A stretch of DNA of 64,000 nt, taken from the IMG/VR virus record IMGVR_UViG_3300027782_000040; one strand, given 5' to 3'. The position numbers and the translations under genes are program-made. The notes beneath the pieces were generated by a model that saw only the letters and a list, made by a program, of their open reading frames with translations, did not search any database and had not been told where the DNA came from. How positions within the stretch are numbered: position 1 is the first letter of the stretch; every line of letters begins with the position of its first letter. Below are positions 10,985-23,283 of this stretch, piece after piece. The DNA comes from a virus.

Positions 10985-13330
10985 ATGGCAGGACTAGATA
11001 AAAAAATTAGTGAATTACTCGAATTTTCGGGAGATACCTCAGGTTCATGGTTAATTGTAAATAATAGTAGTGAAACGGCAACATCTAAAATTAGAAGGGA
11101 AGCTTTTCTAAGTGGATTTAGCGGTGGAAGTAATGGTACATCAGGTTCTTCAGGTTCTAATGGAACTAGTGGAACAAATGGAACTTCCGGAACAAATGGT
11201 ACATCGGGAACTAATGGTTCATCTGGAACTAGTGGTTCGTCAGGTTCATCTGGAACTAGTGGTTCATCAGGAACTAGTGGTAGTTCAGGTTCTTCAGGAA
11301 CAAGTGGAAGTTCTGGAACTAGTGGTTCGTCAGGTTCATCTGGAACTAGTGGTTCATCAGGAACTAGTGGTTCATCAGGAACTAGTGGTTCTAACGGAAC
11401 AGACGGAACTTCTGGTTCTAATGGTACTGATGGTAGTTCTGGAACAAGTGGATCTAATGGTACAGACGGCACATCGGGAAGCAATGGTACGGATGGAACG
11501 AGTGGTTCTAATGGTACCGATGGTTCTTCAGGAAGTAACGGTACTAACGGTTCTTCTGGAACATCAGGAGATTCATTATTTGCCGAAACAGGTTCATATT
11601 GGTATACAAAAAATAATATACAAATAGATGGTACGTTAACAGCTAAAGAATATTATGTTACATTAATATCTTCTTCAGTAATGTTTGTATCAGGGTCAAA
11701 TAACTTTGGTAACACATTAGATGACAATCATAATTTTACAGGCTCAGTTAATATATCAGGTTCATTAACAATAAACGGAACATCATATACCGCGGCAACT
11801 TCAGGAACTAGCGGTAGTAATGGAACCGATGGTTCTTCTGGTTCATCAGGTTCATCAGGTTCAAACGGTACAGACGGTTCATCAGGTACTAGTGGTAGTA
11901 ATGGAACAGACGGGTCTTCAGGAACTAGTGGAAGTAATGGTACTGACGGTTCATCAGGTTCCAATGGTACAGACGGAACTTCAGGTACATCAGGTTCTAA
12001 TGGTACTGATGGTTCATCAGGTACTAGTGGAAGCAATGGTACAGATGGTTCTTCAGGAACTAGTGGAAGCAATGGTACAGATGGTTCTTCAGGAACTAGT
12101 GGAAGCAATGGTACAGATGGTTCTTCAGGAACTAGTGGTTCTAATGGTACAGACGGAAGTTCAGGTACATCAGGTTCTAATGGTACAGATGGTAGTTCTG
12201 GTACTAGTGGTTCTAACGGTACAGACGGAAGTTCAGGTTCTTCAGGTAGTAATGGAACAGACGGTTCTTCAGGTACTAGTGGAAGTAATGGAACAGATGG
12301 TAGCTCAGGTTCTTCAGGTTCTAATGGTACTGACGGGTCTTCTGGTTCTTCAGGTTCAAATGGTACAGATGGTTCTTCAGGTAGTAATGGTACAGACGGA
12401 AGTTCCGGAACATCAGGTTCTAATGGTACCGATGGGTCTTCAGGAACTAGTGGTTCTAATGGTACAGATGGTTCTTCAGGTACTAGTGGTTCTAATGGTA
12501 CAGATGGTTCTTCAGGTACTAGTGGAAGCAATGGAACAGATGGGACTAGTGGTTCTAATGGTACATCAGGTGATTCATTATTTGTGTCGGGTGCTGGATT
12601 TTATTATACAACAAATAATTTACAAATTACAGGTTCAGTAAAAATTAAAGGTACAATTACGGCTGAAGAATATAATGTTACATTAGTATCTTCTTCTGTT
12701 TTATATTCATCAGGATCAACAAAATTTGGTGACACATCTGATGACACACATCAATTTACTGGTTCAGTATTAGTTGAAGGAAAAGTTAATGCTAGTTCAT
12801 TAACGGGTTCAATTAATTTTAATAATTTAACAAATGTTCCTTCATTAGTATCGGGTTCATCACAAGTATCATTCGGTGGTATAACAGGTGTTCCGTCAGG
12901 TATTGTATCTAGTTCATTACAAATAAAAAATTATGGAGATTTTGCTACAACCGGTTCAAATACATTTAAAGGAAATCAAATAATTTCAGGGTCATTAACT
13001 GTTACAGGTAGTGTAAGTGCCGCGGCGTATTATGAAGTATCGGATATTAGATATAAAGATATTATTTCAGTTAATCCAAATGTAGATTTATCAACATTAG
13101 ATGTGATTCAATTTACACTTAAAGGTGATAGTCAAGTAAGATATGGTTATTCGGCTCAAAGTGTTAAAGAAGCTTGTTCTGACTTAGTCGTTGGTGATTT
13201 ACCAATGAGTGTCAATTATAACGATGTCCATACTCTCAAAATACACCAATTGGAAAATAAAATAAAACAATTAGAAAATAAATTAGAGTCATTGTATGTC
13301 ATTATCATGGACAGGGATAACCAAAAATAA
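10985..13330 (+). CDS. Collagen-like (Gly-X-Y) tail fibre with C-terminal intramolecular chaperone (peptidase S74-like)
   Basis: DKKISEL N-terminus and GSNGTDGSSGTS repeats. C-terminal SDIRYKD...YGYSAQSV...SVNY plus a coiled coil. Confidence 0.85.
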   Translation: MAGLDKKISELLEFSGDTSGSWLIVNNSSETATSKIRREAFLSGFSGGSNGTSGSSGSNGTSGTNGTSGTNGTSGTNGSSGTSGSSGSSGTSGSSGTSGSSGSSGTSGSSGTSGSSGSSGTSGSSGTSGSSGTSGSNGTDGTSGSNGTDGSSGTSGSNGTDGTSGSNGTDGTSGSNGTDGSSGSNGTNGSSGTSGDSLFAETGSYWYTKNNIQIDGTLTAKEYYVTLISSSVMFVSGSNNFGNTLDDNHNFTGSVNISGSLTINGTSYTAATSGTSGSNGTDGSSGSSGSSGSNGTDGSSGTSGSNGTDGSSGTSGSNGTDGSSGSNGTDGTSGTSGSNGTDGSSGTSGSNGTDGSSGTSGSNGTDGSSGTSGSNGTDGSSGTSGSNGTDGSSGTSGSNGTDGSSGTSGSNGTDGSSGSSGSNGTDGSSGTSGSNGTDGSSGSSGSNGTDGSSGSSGSNGTDGSSGSNGTDGSSGTSGSNGTDGSSGTSGSNGTDGSSGTSGSNGTDGSSGTSGSNGTDGTSGSNGTSGDSLFVSGAGFYYTTNNLQITGSVKIKGTITAEEYNVTLVSSSVLYSSGSTKFGDTSDDTHQFTGSVLVEGKVNASSLTGSINFNNLTNVPSLVSGSSQVSFGGITGVPSGIVSSSLQIKNYGDFATTGSNTFKGNQIISGSLTVTGSVSAAAYYEVSDIRYKDIISVNPNVDLSTLDVIQFTLKGDSQVRYGYSAQSVKEACSDLVVGDLPMSVNYNDVHTLKIHQLENKIKQLENKLESLYVIIMDRDNQK
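11126..12571 (+). repeat. Two tracts of 9-nt-based coding repeats (Gly-X-Y), including three exact 36-nt copies at 12023-12130
   Basis: ACTAGTGGAAGCAATGGTACAGATGGTTCTTCAGGA x3. Other units are synonymously diverged. Confidence 0.9.
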
Positions 13331-14615
13331 AATATTAACTGATAGTGATATTAATAGAGCCGCTGAAGATGGTTTTTTAACATCAAAAACAACGATTCCA
13401 ACAACAGATAAAGGAGTTACAAAAGAACGTGCACTACAATATATTAATATTAACCCCCTACATGTTTCATATACTGGAAAATCGTCCAATCAATTAATTA
13501 CTAAAGAAGATATTAAAAAACCTTGTGATGAATGTACATCATATAACATCGTTATTAATCAGAGTGATTTAAACGATATATCAGGTAACACCGATAATAA
13601 GATTTATTTATATTATTATCCTTGTGGAACTTATAGTGGAGTTACACCATATATAACTTTTTCATATCCAGGAACATTTACAGATTATATTTGTGCTCAA
13701 AGTTGTGCCGTTACAGAACCATATTTATTTTCAAGTTTTGATGAAGGTAAAATATTAACAGATTCAAGTTATGTTGAATTAGCAGGAAATTGTGCAACAT
13801 CAACATTTAGAAGCGTTTCTTGTAGTGGTACCACAGTTTATAATGTTGCATCTGAAGGATTTAATTACCCACCTACACAATTTGATTTAGGACAAACTTA
13901 TGGTAATGTAGATATTACAATTAGTATTAGTGGAAATACAAATTCAAACAACGAAATATTCATCGGTAATAGAGCTGAGAGTTATGGTACAACATATGCA
14001 TTCGGTACAGGTAATCAAAGTATATCAGATACAGTAGGTTTTATTAGTAATACAACTAAAACAACATTAGACGTTGTGGTTTATTCAACTACAACAGGTA
14101 ATACATTTACACCATTTAATGTGGTATTTACTGCGTCATGTCCTGCAAGTGATGACACTTGTTCAATTGCAACAACAGGTGGTACATATTATAGTGGGAC
14201 AACAATTAACGTAACAGCAATAGGAAATATTAAATACGAAACAACAACTGGAATGGTATTTAAAAACATAACATCAACTGGAACGTACACAATAAACGAT
14301 TGTATATTAATCAATTCAATATCACCAGGTTATCCACTAATTAGTGTTGCAGCATATAATAATGTTGTTACGGGAAGTAGTTGTAGTTCGGTTACAGTAG
14401 ATACGTCAGGTTCAGAATCATCATCAACAGGAACAACAGGAAACTGTAGAACCATAACATTTAATGCAAATCAAGGATTTAGTGCCACCACATATTGGAT
14501 AGATTGTGACGGCATTATACGAACAAGATTTGTCGATAGAGGAACCATATTCACAACCACAGGACAAGATGGTAGTGCGTCGGGATTACCATTAACATAT
14601 GGGGCATTTTTATAA
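13296..14615 (+). CDS. Cys/Thr-rich putative virion protein
   Basis: 439 aa, beta-rich, multiple Cys, structural context. Confidence 0.6.
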   Translation: MSLSWTGITKNKILTDSDINRAAEDGFLTSKTTIPTTDKGVTKERALQYININPLHVSYTGKSSNQLITKEDIKKPCDECTSYNIVINQSDLNDISGNTDNKIYLYYYPCGTYSGVTPYITFSYPGTFTDYICAQSCAVTEPYLFSSFDEGKILTDSSYVELAGNCATSTFRSVSCSGTTVYNVASEGFNYPPTQFDLGQTYGNVDITISISGNTNSNNEIFIGNRAESYGTTYAFGTGNQSISDTVGFISNTTKTTLDVVVYSTTTGNTFTPFNVVFTASCPASDDTCSIATTGGTYYSGTTINVTAIGNIKYETTTGMVFKNITSTGTYTINDCILINSISPGYPLISVAAYNNVVTGSSCSSVTVDTSGSESSSTGTTGNCRTITFNANQGFSATTYWIDCDGIIRTRFVDRGTIFTTTGQDGSASGLPLTYGAFL

Positions 14616-14626
14616 AATAAAATAAC

Positions 14627-14923
14627 ATGAGTACAACATATACAACCATACCTATAAAACAAATAAGTAACAATTTTGGAACTGTTAATAAAGTTATTTG
14701 GTTTGATGTTACAAATATTCAAGGTACGTTTGGGGTTAATTTATTTATCACACCAAATCAATCTACAGATATGAATATTGTAATATTTAATAAAGGGAGT
14801 AATGAAGAAATGTATAGAAAAACATATAATAAATCATCTGATAGTTCAGTTATAACTGATACTGTTAAATTAAGACATGTTCCTGGTCAAAAATCGGCAA
14901 CTTACGGAATTAAAAGTTTATAA
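14627..14923 (+). CDS. Hypothetical small structural protein
   Basis: 98-aa ORF tightly packed in the operon. Confidence 0.6.
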   Translation: MSTTYTTIPIKQISNNFGTVNKVIWFDVTNIQGTFGVNLFITPNQSTDMNIVIFNKGSNEEMYRKTYNKSSDSSVITDTVKLRHVPGQKSATYGIKSL

Positions 14924-14925
14924 AA

Positions 14926-17900
14926 ATGAGTATAACCGGAGGTACATTCAGTGTTGATTGTTTAATAAGTGATGTCTCATCATCAACAAACGATTGTGGA
15001 GTTCAAAAAACTTTAACATGGTCTAATGCTGGTACCAAATCAAATATACAAAGTTATTTCTTCAATTATAATCAATTAAATAACAAAATTCCGGTTTATG
15101 TTTTCATAAAACCAAAAGTCAAAAAGTTATTTAAATTTACATTCACACCAGGTTCAAATAACGGTTCAAATATTACTATTAATATTAATCAAAAAATAAA
15201 CGGTGTTTATACGTTAGTAGATGTTGAAAATTTAAATACGCTATCTACTGAGACTTCAAAATATATTACACTTTATTTTGATGAAAATAAAAATGATGAC
15301 ATTTCACTAACTTTAGATATCATTACATCAGGTGGAACGAGCGGACAAATGTATTGTGAAATTGATTGTGACCCTGCAATAATAAGTGCTGAATTTTGTA
15401 CTGGATTTACGAACTCAAATTATTATTGTACAACATGCCCAACAGTTGTAAAATTATATAGAGCTAAAACACCTAATTTACCACCAATAAATGGTATTTT
15501 GAATATTAATTCTGGATTTAGTAATTTCTCACCTTTCACAACAGGACCTTGGTATTTGGATAATGGATTAACAATTGAAGCACCTTCAGGTGTAACATAT
15601 TCTTATGCTTCTGGAGATATTGCAAAAAGATCAATATACACATATAATCCATCTACACATTCTTTTATATTACAATCAAGTTGTTTAGGAAGTAATTCAA
15701 ATTGCGGGGGAGATGTTATTTTAACACATAATTTAAGTGGATATACATATTCTCATCCATACATACCAACTAAAAGCGAATTACCAAGTAATGGTTTAAA
15801 ATACTCAATACAAGATTTAATTATAACTTTAGATAGTTCAAATAAAATTGTACCTATAACAATTTCAATAACGGGACAATGTAAAGATGCTTGTTTTACT
15901 ATTTCTGATGGTGTTAATAATAGTCACGCTGGTAATGTAAGTTATACAGATAATTATTCAGCAACTCCACCATATTTTGTTAAAGTAACTGATTACACAT
16001 CTTTAAAAGTTCAAATGACAAATATTGGTACACGTGGAATAACCGCGGTAACAAACAGTGGTCAAATAAGAATAAGGGTTGCAATTGGACAATCAAAATC
16101 ATATAATGGTTCTTCTGTTGTAACTAAAATTTCAGTTGGTTGTGGAACTACAATTTTTGGGTATGATATGGGAGTACATCCATATTCAGCGTACGATTCA
16201 TATAATAGTCCAACCGCGGTAACTAAATTATGGTCATATAATAATATTAGTACATGGTCAGGTTCAACAGATAATTACTCAACCAAAGGTACATGCGTTT
16301 ATAATGATGTTTTATTAACAAATTTAGCATTACCATATTATTATGCCGATAACATTAGAACATCTAACACAAACAAAGTTTATGAAATAGGTAATATATT
16401 ACAAAGAAACTTTGGAACACATACAGATTATAAAATAACTAAAAAAGCATTTGGACCTAGAAAAACATCACCAATAGTTTCAGGACCTAAAGATTTTACA
16501 AACCTTAAAAATAGAGGTGATGAAGTTTTAATATCGGGAGAAAATTTAATACCTACATCAATTGAACCAACAATGAACGGTATTGGTTTAGTACGTAAAA
16601 TATTATCAACATCAGATTATTATCAACCTTCAGTTTACAAATATTATTTAGGTTATACCTCAGGATTTACTGAGTCTAATTCTAATGATACATTCTTCAC
16701 TACTTGGAATTTTTCAAATTCTACAGCTAAACCATTAACTGGATATCAACATATGTTAATGAAATTATCTGCAAGTTACATAGGTGGTACAAACGTACCA
16801 GATTTAATTAATTTATTAAAAGATGATAAAAGAGTTGAAGCTGGTTTTATGGGTGCTGCCGTATCAAGTTTACTTCTTGCTTGTGCAGGTTATCTTCCTG
16901 TGGCAGAGGGATTGTCACTTTTTGCATCATTTTTTTTAACTGTACCTGGATTATTGGTACTCGCTTTTGCTTATTTAGCGGTAAAGTTTATTGTGGATGC
17001 ATTAAAAACACAAAATATAACAATTAAAGAAAAGTTCACATATTTTTACACTAGATATGCAACAACACCATATCTAACAACTGGAACAACAATTTATAAA
17101 ACAAGTACTTTAACAACATGGAGTACGGGTATATATAATGACGGTGCATATTTTTACAATATTCCATCAAATTCAAATAATGGTAAACCAACTACAAAAA
17201 CATTATCATATTCTACAAATGATGGTATAAGAACAAATTCATTTGATGTTATTAATACAAGTAAAATAAATTATATTACAGATTTTCATAGTTTATTTTT
17301 TTTAAGTTATGTTTCAGGTTATCCTGTTAAATTTAATACAAACCCAACATTATATTCAAGTAATTCATTATCAATAACTGTATCGGCGGAAACTTCAAAT
17401 ATCGGTGATTTAAACAACCCAATACCTGTTGTGTATTCTTTACCTTCGGGACATTCTGTTTCAACAATTTCACAAGAAGATGCGGATAGTAAGGCCGCAG
17501 GTTTTCTTTCTTCATTAACAGGTAATACAATTAGTTTATCATCATATGAAGAAAAACCAGGAATTGTTGACGTACAATTAAATTTCACACACGAAATTAA
17601 AAATGAAAACATACCAAATGTTTTTATTTTGAATTATGATAATTCGGATGAAAATGGAATTACAATTGGTAAAAAATTATATTATGATTATAATGGTAAG
17701 TCCACAGTATTAAATGGTTATTATTCATTGGTAGGTACTTCACCATATAGAACCATATATAAAACAGTAAATGGTGTTGTTACAGATATACTTACATGGC
17801 AAAACAGTAATGAAAATTATGTCACATCGGTAACAACTGGAACAGGTGCAACTATAAATACACTTTTAGATTATACAAGTGAATGGTATATAGGTTCTAC

Positions 17901-20900
17901 GAATCATGAATTAATAAATTTGAATTATACTAATAATCAAGATAGTTTAATAACAAATTGGAATACAAATACATTTTACTCTGGAACAACAACAGGTGTC
18001 ACAGTTAATAAAGGTTTTACAAATTCATTGGCAGCACCCACCGAACTTTATTTTTATGACGATAATTTAACGGGTTTAACTTATAATGTGGCAGATGATG
18101 GAAAATATAAAGCAATTTATCCATTTAATAGTTTAATTTTCACATATCGTAATCCTTTTACGATTTTAATTAATGCGGAAGAAATTAGTGACCTCGATAA
18201 TGATGATAACGGTATTAATTTTTATTTAACCGATATTAGTGGTAACACTGTACCATCATATGTTGGTGTTACTTTTAATGTTAATATTTTTACAGGGTCA
18301 ACGAGTTTACTTTCATCTGAAAGAATAACAATTGATTCAGATGAAACGAATCAGTTTTTATATTTAAATATTCCTCAAACAGGAGGCACACTAACGTCAT
18401 ACAACATAACAAGTTATGAATCTGAAAACCCATTTGATAAAATAACTTTTATTCAAAGTGGATTTACACAAAGTACAGGTGTAACTACTTGTCCGTATTA
18501 TACGGGAACAACATATATTGTCGATTCATATGGTTATGTACAATACAATAGATTTAATACGATTAATAATGGTTTTATAACTGAAGTTATTTATGTCTCT
18601 GAGGCTATATATGAAATTACAGACCCAATTCAATATCAATCATTAGTTCCTGTTGTAGATACTGAAACGTATTATCCACCCGCAAATATTAGAATTTTAG
18701 AAACAGGAGTTTGTTATGTCGTACCAACTCCAACTCCAACCCCAACAATAAGTTTAACCCCAACACAAACAGGAACACCAACTCCTACACCAACAGTAAA
18801 CTGTTCATTCGGTGTTAGCATTGTAATATTAACTCCAACCCCTACTCCAACAGGAACAGGAACCCCAACACCTACTCCGACAATAACTTTAACACCAACA
18901 GGAACAGGAACACCAACTCCTACACCAACAGTAAACTGTTCATTCGGTGTTAGTGTTGTTGTATTAAGTCCAACACCTACTCCTACACCAACTGGTACCC
19001 CAACTCCTACACCAACAATAAGTTTAACACCTACAATAAGTTTAACACCAACAGGAACTCCAACAGGTACTCCAACAGGGACACCAACAGGAACGCCAAC
19101 TCCTACACCAACTCCTACACCAACAATAAACTGTTCGTTCGGAGTGAGTATAGTGGTATTAAGCCCAACCCCAACCCCTACTCCAACAGGTACTCCAACA
19201 GGAACACCAACACCAACACCAACAATTAGTGTTACACCGACAATTAGTGTTACTCCAACTATTAGTGTTACACCAACTGGAACACCAACTGGTACACCAA
19301 CTGGTACACCAACTGGTACACCAACTGGAACACCAACTCCAACACCAACAGTAAATTGTTCATTCGGCGTTAGTGTGGTCGTATTATCACCAACCCCAAC
19401 CCCTACACCAACAGGAACACCAACCCCTACACCAACAATTAGTTTAACGCCGACAATAAGTTTAACCCCAACAATTAGCTTAACGCCAACAATTAGTTTA
19501 ACTCCAACAATAAGTTTAACACCAACAATAAGTTTAACACCAACAAGAACTCAGACACCTACACCAACAGGAACACCAACTGGTACCCCAACACCAACGC
19601 CGACAGTCAATTGTTCGTTCGGTGTCAGCATTGTTGTATTAAGTCCAACCCCAACACCAACAGGAACACCAACAAAAACTCCAACACCAACTCCAACACC
19701 AACTGGTACACCAACAGGAACACCAACTGGTACACCAACAGGAACACCAACCCCTACACCAACAATTAGTTTAACGCCGACAATAAGTTTAACCCCAACA
19801 ATTAGTTTAACTCCAACAATAAGTTTAACACCAACAATAAGTTTAACACCAACAATAAGTTTAACACCAACAAGAACTCAGACACCTACACCGACACCAA
19901 CTACATCGTTACCGGCATTAACGGTATCGGTAAGTTCAAGTACATTACAATCATGCTATAATGTTAGTGATGCATCATTTACATTAAGTGCGAGTGGTGG
20001 TAATGGTGCGTCATATGAATATTCCAAAGATGGTACAACATACCAAGCAAGTGCAACATTTAGTTCATTAGCGGGTGGTACATATAATGGTTATGTTAGA
20101 AATACAAATAGAACTGGAACTGTTGCATCAGTTTCAGTTGGAAGTTTAGTAAGAACAGCACCAAATGCAACAATAACGGTTACAAATGTAAGTTGTAATG
20201 GTGGAGCTGACGGACAAATTGCAGTAACATCTGGTACGGGTGGAACAGGTAGTGGATATAGTGGATCAACAGATGACGTTACATATTTTGCATTACCAAA
20301 AATATTCTACACATTAACTCAAGGTTCTTATGATGTATATATTAAAGATAGTAATGGTTGTAAACAATCTTACGCACAAACAATCACACAACCAACAGCA
20401 CAAGTATGTAATATTTCAGTATATAGTTATGATACCGGAACAGGAGATGGTCAAATCGCTGTGGTAGTTTCAGGAGGAACAGGACTTAAAACTCTTAAAT
20501 TGTATCAAGATACATCTACACCATATAGCGACTACTCAACTGATACATTAATACAAAGTGGCACTTCTGTCGCTAATAATACAACATATTATTTTACAAA
20601 TGTACCTTGTGCAGCAACTAGTCTTTGGGTTCAATGTACGGACGCAAATAATTGTGTAATACATTCTAATACGTCGGTTAAAACTTGTGGATATTTCCAA
20701 ACGTTTCCAGGAACATTTAAACTTGGTAATAACTTAACGTGTACACCACAATCGCCATTTAGTAGAATTTACTTAGGTTCAATTGACTATAGTAATTTTG
20801 TTGCAAATGGTGGTATGTTAAGTACTGGAATGGTATTATATACCGATGGTAGTGGTACCATTTATACATTTAACACAATTTATGATTCTACCTCTACAAA

Positions 20901-20952
20901 TATATACAATGTATCGTCAGGTGTTGTTGGAGGAGTTAAATCACTTTGTTAA
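14926..20952 (+). CDS. Giant adhesin-like virion protein: DUF5977-like motif, Pro/Thr stalk, SprB-like repeats
   Basis: [12 protein letters not shown] motif, about 400 aa Pro/Thr region, [16 protein letters not shown]...[11 protein letters not shown] SprB-type repeat. Confidence 0.7.
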   Translation: MSITGGTFSVDCLISDVSSSTNDCGVQKTLTWSNAGTKSNIQSYFFNYNQLNNKIPVYVFIKPKVKKLFKFTFTPGSNNGSNITININQKINGVYTLVDVENLNTLSTETSKYITLYFDENKNDDISLTLDIITSGGTSGQMYCEIDCDPAIISAEFCTGFTNSNYYCTTCPTVVKLYRAKTPNLPPINGILNINSGFSNFSPFTTGPWYLDNGLTIEAPSGVTYSYASGDIAKRSIYTYNPSTHSFILQSSCLGSNSNCGGDVILTHNLSGYTYSHPYIPTKSELPSNGLKYSIQDLIITLDSSNKIVPITISITGQCKDACFTISDGVNNSHAGNVSYTDNYSATPPYFVKVTDYTSLKVQMTNIGTRGITAVTNSGQIRIRVAIGQSKSYNGSSVVTKISVGCGTTIFGYDMGVHPYSAYDSYNSPTAVTKLWSYNNISTWSGSTDNYSTKGTCVYNDVLLTNLALPYYYADNIRTSNTNKVYEIGNILQRNFGTHTDYKITKKAFGPRKTSPIVSGPKDFTNLKNRGDEVLISGENLIPTSIEPTMNGIGLVRKILSTSDYYQPSVYKYYLGYTSGFTESNSNDTFFTTWNFSNSTAKPLTGYQHMLMKLSASYIGGTNVPDLINLLKDDKRVEAGFMGAAVSSLLLACAGYLPVAEGLSLFASFFLTVPGLLVLAFAYLAVKFIVDALKTQNITIKEKFTYFYTRYATTPYLTTGTTIYKTSTLTTWSTGIYNDGAYFYNIPSNSNNGKPTTKTLSYSTNDGIRTNSFDVINTSKINYITDFHSLFFLSYVSGYPVKFNTNPTLYSSNSLSITVSAETSNIGDLNNPIPVVYSLPSGHSVSTISQEDADSKAAGFLSSLTGNTISLSSYEEKPGIVDVQLNFTHEIKNENIPNVFILNYDNSDENGITIGKKLYYDYNGKSTVLNGYYSLVGTSPYRTIYKTVNGVVTDILTWQNSNENYVTSVTTGTGATINTLLDYTSEWYIGSTNHELINLNYTNNQDSLITNWNTNTFYSGTTTGVTVNKGFTNSLAAPTELYFYDDNLTGLTYNVADDGKYKAIYPFNSLIFTYRNPFTILINAEEISDLDNDDNGINFYLTDISGNTVPSYVGVTFNVNIFTGSTSLLSSERITIDSDETNQFLYLNIPQTGGTLTSYNITSYESENPFDKITFIQSGFTQSTGVTTCPYYTGTTYIVDSYGYVQYNRFNTINNGFITEVIYVSEAIYEITDPIQYQSLVPVVDTETYYPPANIRILETGVCYVVPTPTPTPTISLTPTQTGTPTPTPTVNCSFGVSIVILTPTPTPTGTGTPTPTPTITLTPTGTGTPTPTPTVNCSFGVSVVVLSPTPTPTPTGTPTPTPTISLTPTISLTPTGTPTGTPTGTPTGTPTPTPTPTPTINCSFGVSIVVLSPTPTPTPTGTPTGTPTPTPTISVTPTISVTPTISVTPTGTPTGTPTGTPTGTPTGTPTPTPTVNCSFGVSVVVLSPTPTPTPTGTPTPTPTISLTPTISLTPTISLTPTISLTPTISLTPTISLTPTRTQTPTPTGTPTGTPTPTPTVNCSFGVSIVVLSPTPTPTGTPTKTPTPTPTPTGTPTGTPTGTPTGTPTPTPTISLTPTISLTPTISLTPTISLTPTISLTPTISLTPTRTQTPTPTPTTSLPALTVSVSSSTLQSCYNVSDASFTLSASGGNGASYEYSKDGTTYQASATFSSLAGGTYNGYVRNTNRTGTVASVSVGSLVRTAPNATITVTNVSCNGGADGQIAVTSGTGGTGSGYSGSTDDVTYFALPKIFYTLTQGSYDVYIKDSNGCKQSYAQTITQPTAQVCNISVYSYDTGTGDGQIAVVVSGGTGLKTLKLYQDTSTPYSDYSTDTLIQSGTSVANNTTYYFTNVPCAATSLWVQCTDANNCVIHSNTSVKTCGYFQTFPGTFKLGNNLTCTPQSPFSRIYLGSIDYSNFVANGGMLSTGMVLYTDGSGTIYTFNTIYDSTSTNIYNVSSGVVGGVKSLC
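18721..19905 (+). repeat. Pro/Thr coding repeat: 5 x [VI]NCSFGVS[IV]V[VI]L units separated by PT, PTGT and TISLTP runs
   Basis: Units start near 18796, 18931, 19126, 19351 and 19606. 18-nt TISLTP tandem repeats are also present. Confidence 0.9.
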
Positions 20953-21003
20953 AAAATAAAAAAAATGACGATATTTATAATAAAAGAAATTAAAATTTAA
21001 AAA

Positions 21004-21711
21004 ATGCCAGCAGGACCAATAATCGGAACATCTCAAGTTAGTTTACAATTAACAGGGGGATCATCAGTACCAAATAACTTTACTGTCGATATATATTCAT
21101 GGGACGTTGCAACCGACGTCGCAGTTTATAATAGAACTATCATTACGGGTTTAACAAGAACAGCAACATCGGCGGTAAATGGAGGTTCATTAGCCGTATC
21201 ACCATATTATGGGATTACAGGCATAACAGGTTTAGATAACTATGTTAAATTAACCAGTACAACTTCATGTAGTACAACTACAACACAAGATATCACAAGT
21301 GCAGCATTAACGGTATACACCCCCAATTCAGGAACATTAACTGAAGATTATCCATCAGGGGCGGAAGATAGCTTTGCCACCACTGGTATGGGTGCCGGCA
21401 CTTTATCTCCCGGCTCACATCAAGTTGCACAACTCACAACATTATCTTATTTAGACGCGGCCGATTTTACTTTGAGTTATTTAAGTGGAACCACCGTTTC
21501 CACTGGTTTAGTAGTTGGAGGTGCATATACATATGGACCATTTAGTAGTTTTTCTGTAACAAAATCGGGTAAAGTATTTTCATTATTTGGGTCGGCAAAT
21601 ACAAGTTTAAGTGCACTAAATAGTAGTATACATGGTGTTATGAGGTTAACATACAATCCTTCAGGATATTATGTTAATTTTAATTATTATTATGTACCAA
21701 CTTCACTTTAA
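21004..21711 (+). CDS. Putative virion protein
   Basis: 235 aa, S/T/G-rich, preceded by TATTTAT. Confidence 0.6.
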   Translation: MPAGPIIGTSQVSLQLTGGSSVPNNFTVDIYSWDVATDVAVYNRTIITGLTRTATSAVNGGSLAVSPYYGITGITGLDNYVKLTSTTSCSTTTTQDITSAALTVYTPNSGTLTEDYPSGAEDSFATTGMGAGTLSPGSHQVAQLTTLSYLDAADFTLSYLSGTTVSTGLVVGGAYTYGPFSSFSVTKSGKVFSLFGSANTSLSALNSSIHGVMRLTYNPSGYYVNFNYYYVPTSL

Positions 21712-21791
21712 TCTATCCCTTTATTTACATTAAATTAATCTTTATATTACCTAAAACCTAATAAAGATATTTATAGGTGTAAATAATTTAT

Positions 21792-22349
21792 ATGTCAGAT
21801 TTATTTGGAAGTATGTCTTTTTATGTTCCGTCTTACCCAATGTCGGGTGAAACACAATCTGTAGTAATACAAAATTATTTAAACGATTATGAATATACCC
21901 CAACAACGGGATATACCACAACAGGTTTTACTTATTTAGGTATTGGAGGTAGTAAGTTATCCGAATTAAAAAAATACGGAGCAACAGGATATACACAAAC
22001 ATTAACAAGTGGATCAATAACAGGAGGAACAACTTGGACGGGTTATACATTTAATTATACACATAATACCACTGGTTCCACAAGTTTACAATATAGAGAT
22101 TATTCTGACGGGTACACCATGATTACAGGTAGCACTACAGGGTTTACCAAGGAGGAAGTGATTAACTATACCCTGACAAGAAACGAGCATTTTTTGGGGT
22201 TTGTAGAACAACCAACCGTTTATTCTGACATTTTTGTGGAACGAGGTAAATTGGGAGTTATGGAAAGGAACTTCAGGTTAAGTGAAATTGATAGTATGGG
22301 TGAATTGAGTATATATGGAAATGGGTATTTTAAAGTTAGAAAACAATAA
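21792..22349 (+). CDS. Putative virion/baseplate protein
   Basis: 185 aa with nine [ST]GxT motifs, preceded by TATTTAT. Confidence 0.6.
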   Translation: MSDLFGSMSFYVPSYPMSGETQSVVIQNYLNDYEYTPTTGYTTTGFTYLGIGGSKLSELKKYGATGYTQTLTSGSITGGTTWTGYTFNYTHNTTGSTSLQYRDYSDGYTMITGSTTGFTKEEVINYTLTRNEHFLGFVEQPTVYSDIFVERGKLGVMERNFRLSEIDSMGELSIYGNGYFKVRKQ

Positions 22350-22374
22350 GATTTATATTTATTAATAAAAGAAA

Positions 22375-23283
22375 ATGGCAGTAGGATCATATGGTATTGT
22401 AAGACCCGCAGACGTATCACCAGCAGACGTAGAGATATTATATCATTACGTTTCGGGTAGAACTGCGAACGTTACACCAACATTAACAAAATTAGATTCC
22501 ACAGCAATATTAACACCGGTATTTCATAATGAAAATACAGGTGGTGTTGCAAATAAAGAAATTTTAGGTGGTTTATATAATCTGAAATTACAAGCGGGTC
22601 AATTCTCTGATTTGGGAATTTACACATTACATTTACGTCCTAAACAAGTTAGAACAAATATTATGGATTGTGGAGTTTTAGCGTCACTTCCATCAGTTAG
22701 AGGTTTAGTCATTGACATTGGTAATGTACCGGTTGACGACCAAGGAAAATTCACACCACAAGGATTAGTTGGATATAGAATTGAATATATTAATAAGACC
22801 AATTACCAAAAAGTTCCAAACTTTTATAGATTGGTAACTTCATCTTTTTATTGTGTACCAACTACTGCAAATTTATCAAACTCAACAGATAAGGCGATTA
22901 GGTATCAATATACCGATTCCCAATCTAACTTTATATTTTTAACAGTAACACCAAGTTCATCACCATCAAGTAGACCAAATGTGGTTCCATTTATCGGTGA
23001 ACCAGGTCAAACTATTATTTTAACAAATACATTCTTCAACCCAACAACGGTTGAAATTGAAATGGTTGAACATGACGCATCAACATTGGCACACGCACTT
23101 TACGGTGACCAAACTAAGGCAATTGCTCCAGGTATTTACACTATCTACGATAAGGATAAGAATATCTATAAACAATACAATCTTTATGAAATTAAAGACC
23201 AATTTAACGAGACATTATATGAAGTTCGTGAAGAAAGAACAAGTATTGATGAAACATTAAATTTAGATAACATAACAGGATAA
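22375..23283 (+). CDS. Putative baseplate/tail structural protein
   Basis: 302 aa, coupled to the next gene, preceded by TATTTAT. Confidence 0.6.
   Translation: MAVGSYGIVRPADVSPADVEILYHYVSGRTANVTPTLTKLDSTAILTPVFHNENTGGVANKEILGGLYNLKLQAGQFSDLGIYTLHLRPKQVRTNIMDCGVLASLPSVRGLVIDIGNVPVDDQGKFTPQGLVGYRIEYINKTNYQKVPNFYRLVTSSFYCVPTTANLSNSTDKAIRYQYTDSQSNFIFLTVTPSSSPSSRPNVVPFIGEPGQTIILTNTFFNPTTVEIEMVEHDASTLAHALYGDQTKAIAPGIYTIYDKDKNIYKQYNLYEIKDQFNETLYEVREERTSIDETLNLDNITG

Noticed and set aside
12023-12130. 36-nt repeats as a CRISPR array
   Set aside because: The copies are directly tandem without spacers, in-frame within a CDS, and no cas genes are present.
10972-12641. Long antisense (PEVPSVPL...) and alternative-frame (MVLQVLQ...) ORFs over the repeats, here and at 52197-63997
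   Set aside because: They are shadows of Gly-X-Y codon repeats that happen to lack stops in other frames. They coincide with the repeat tracts.
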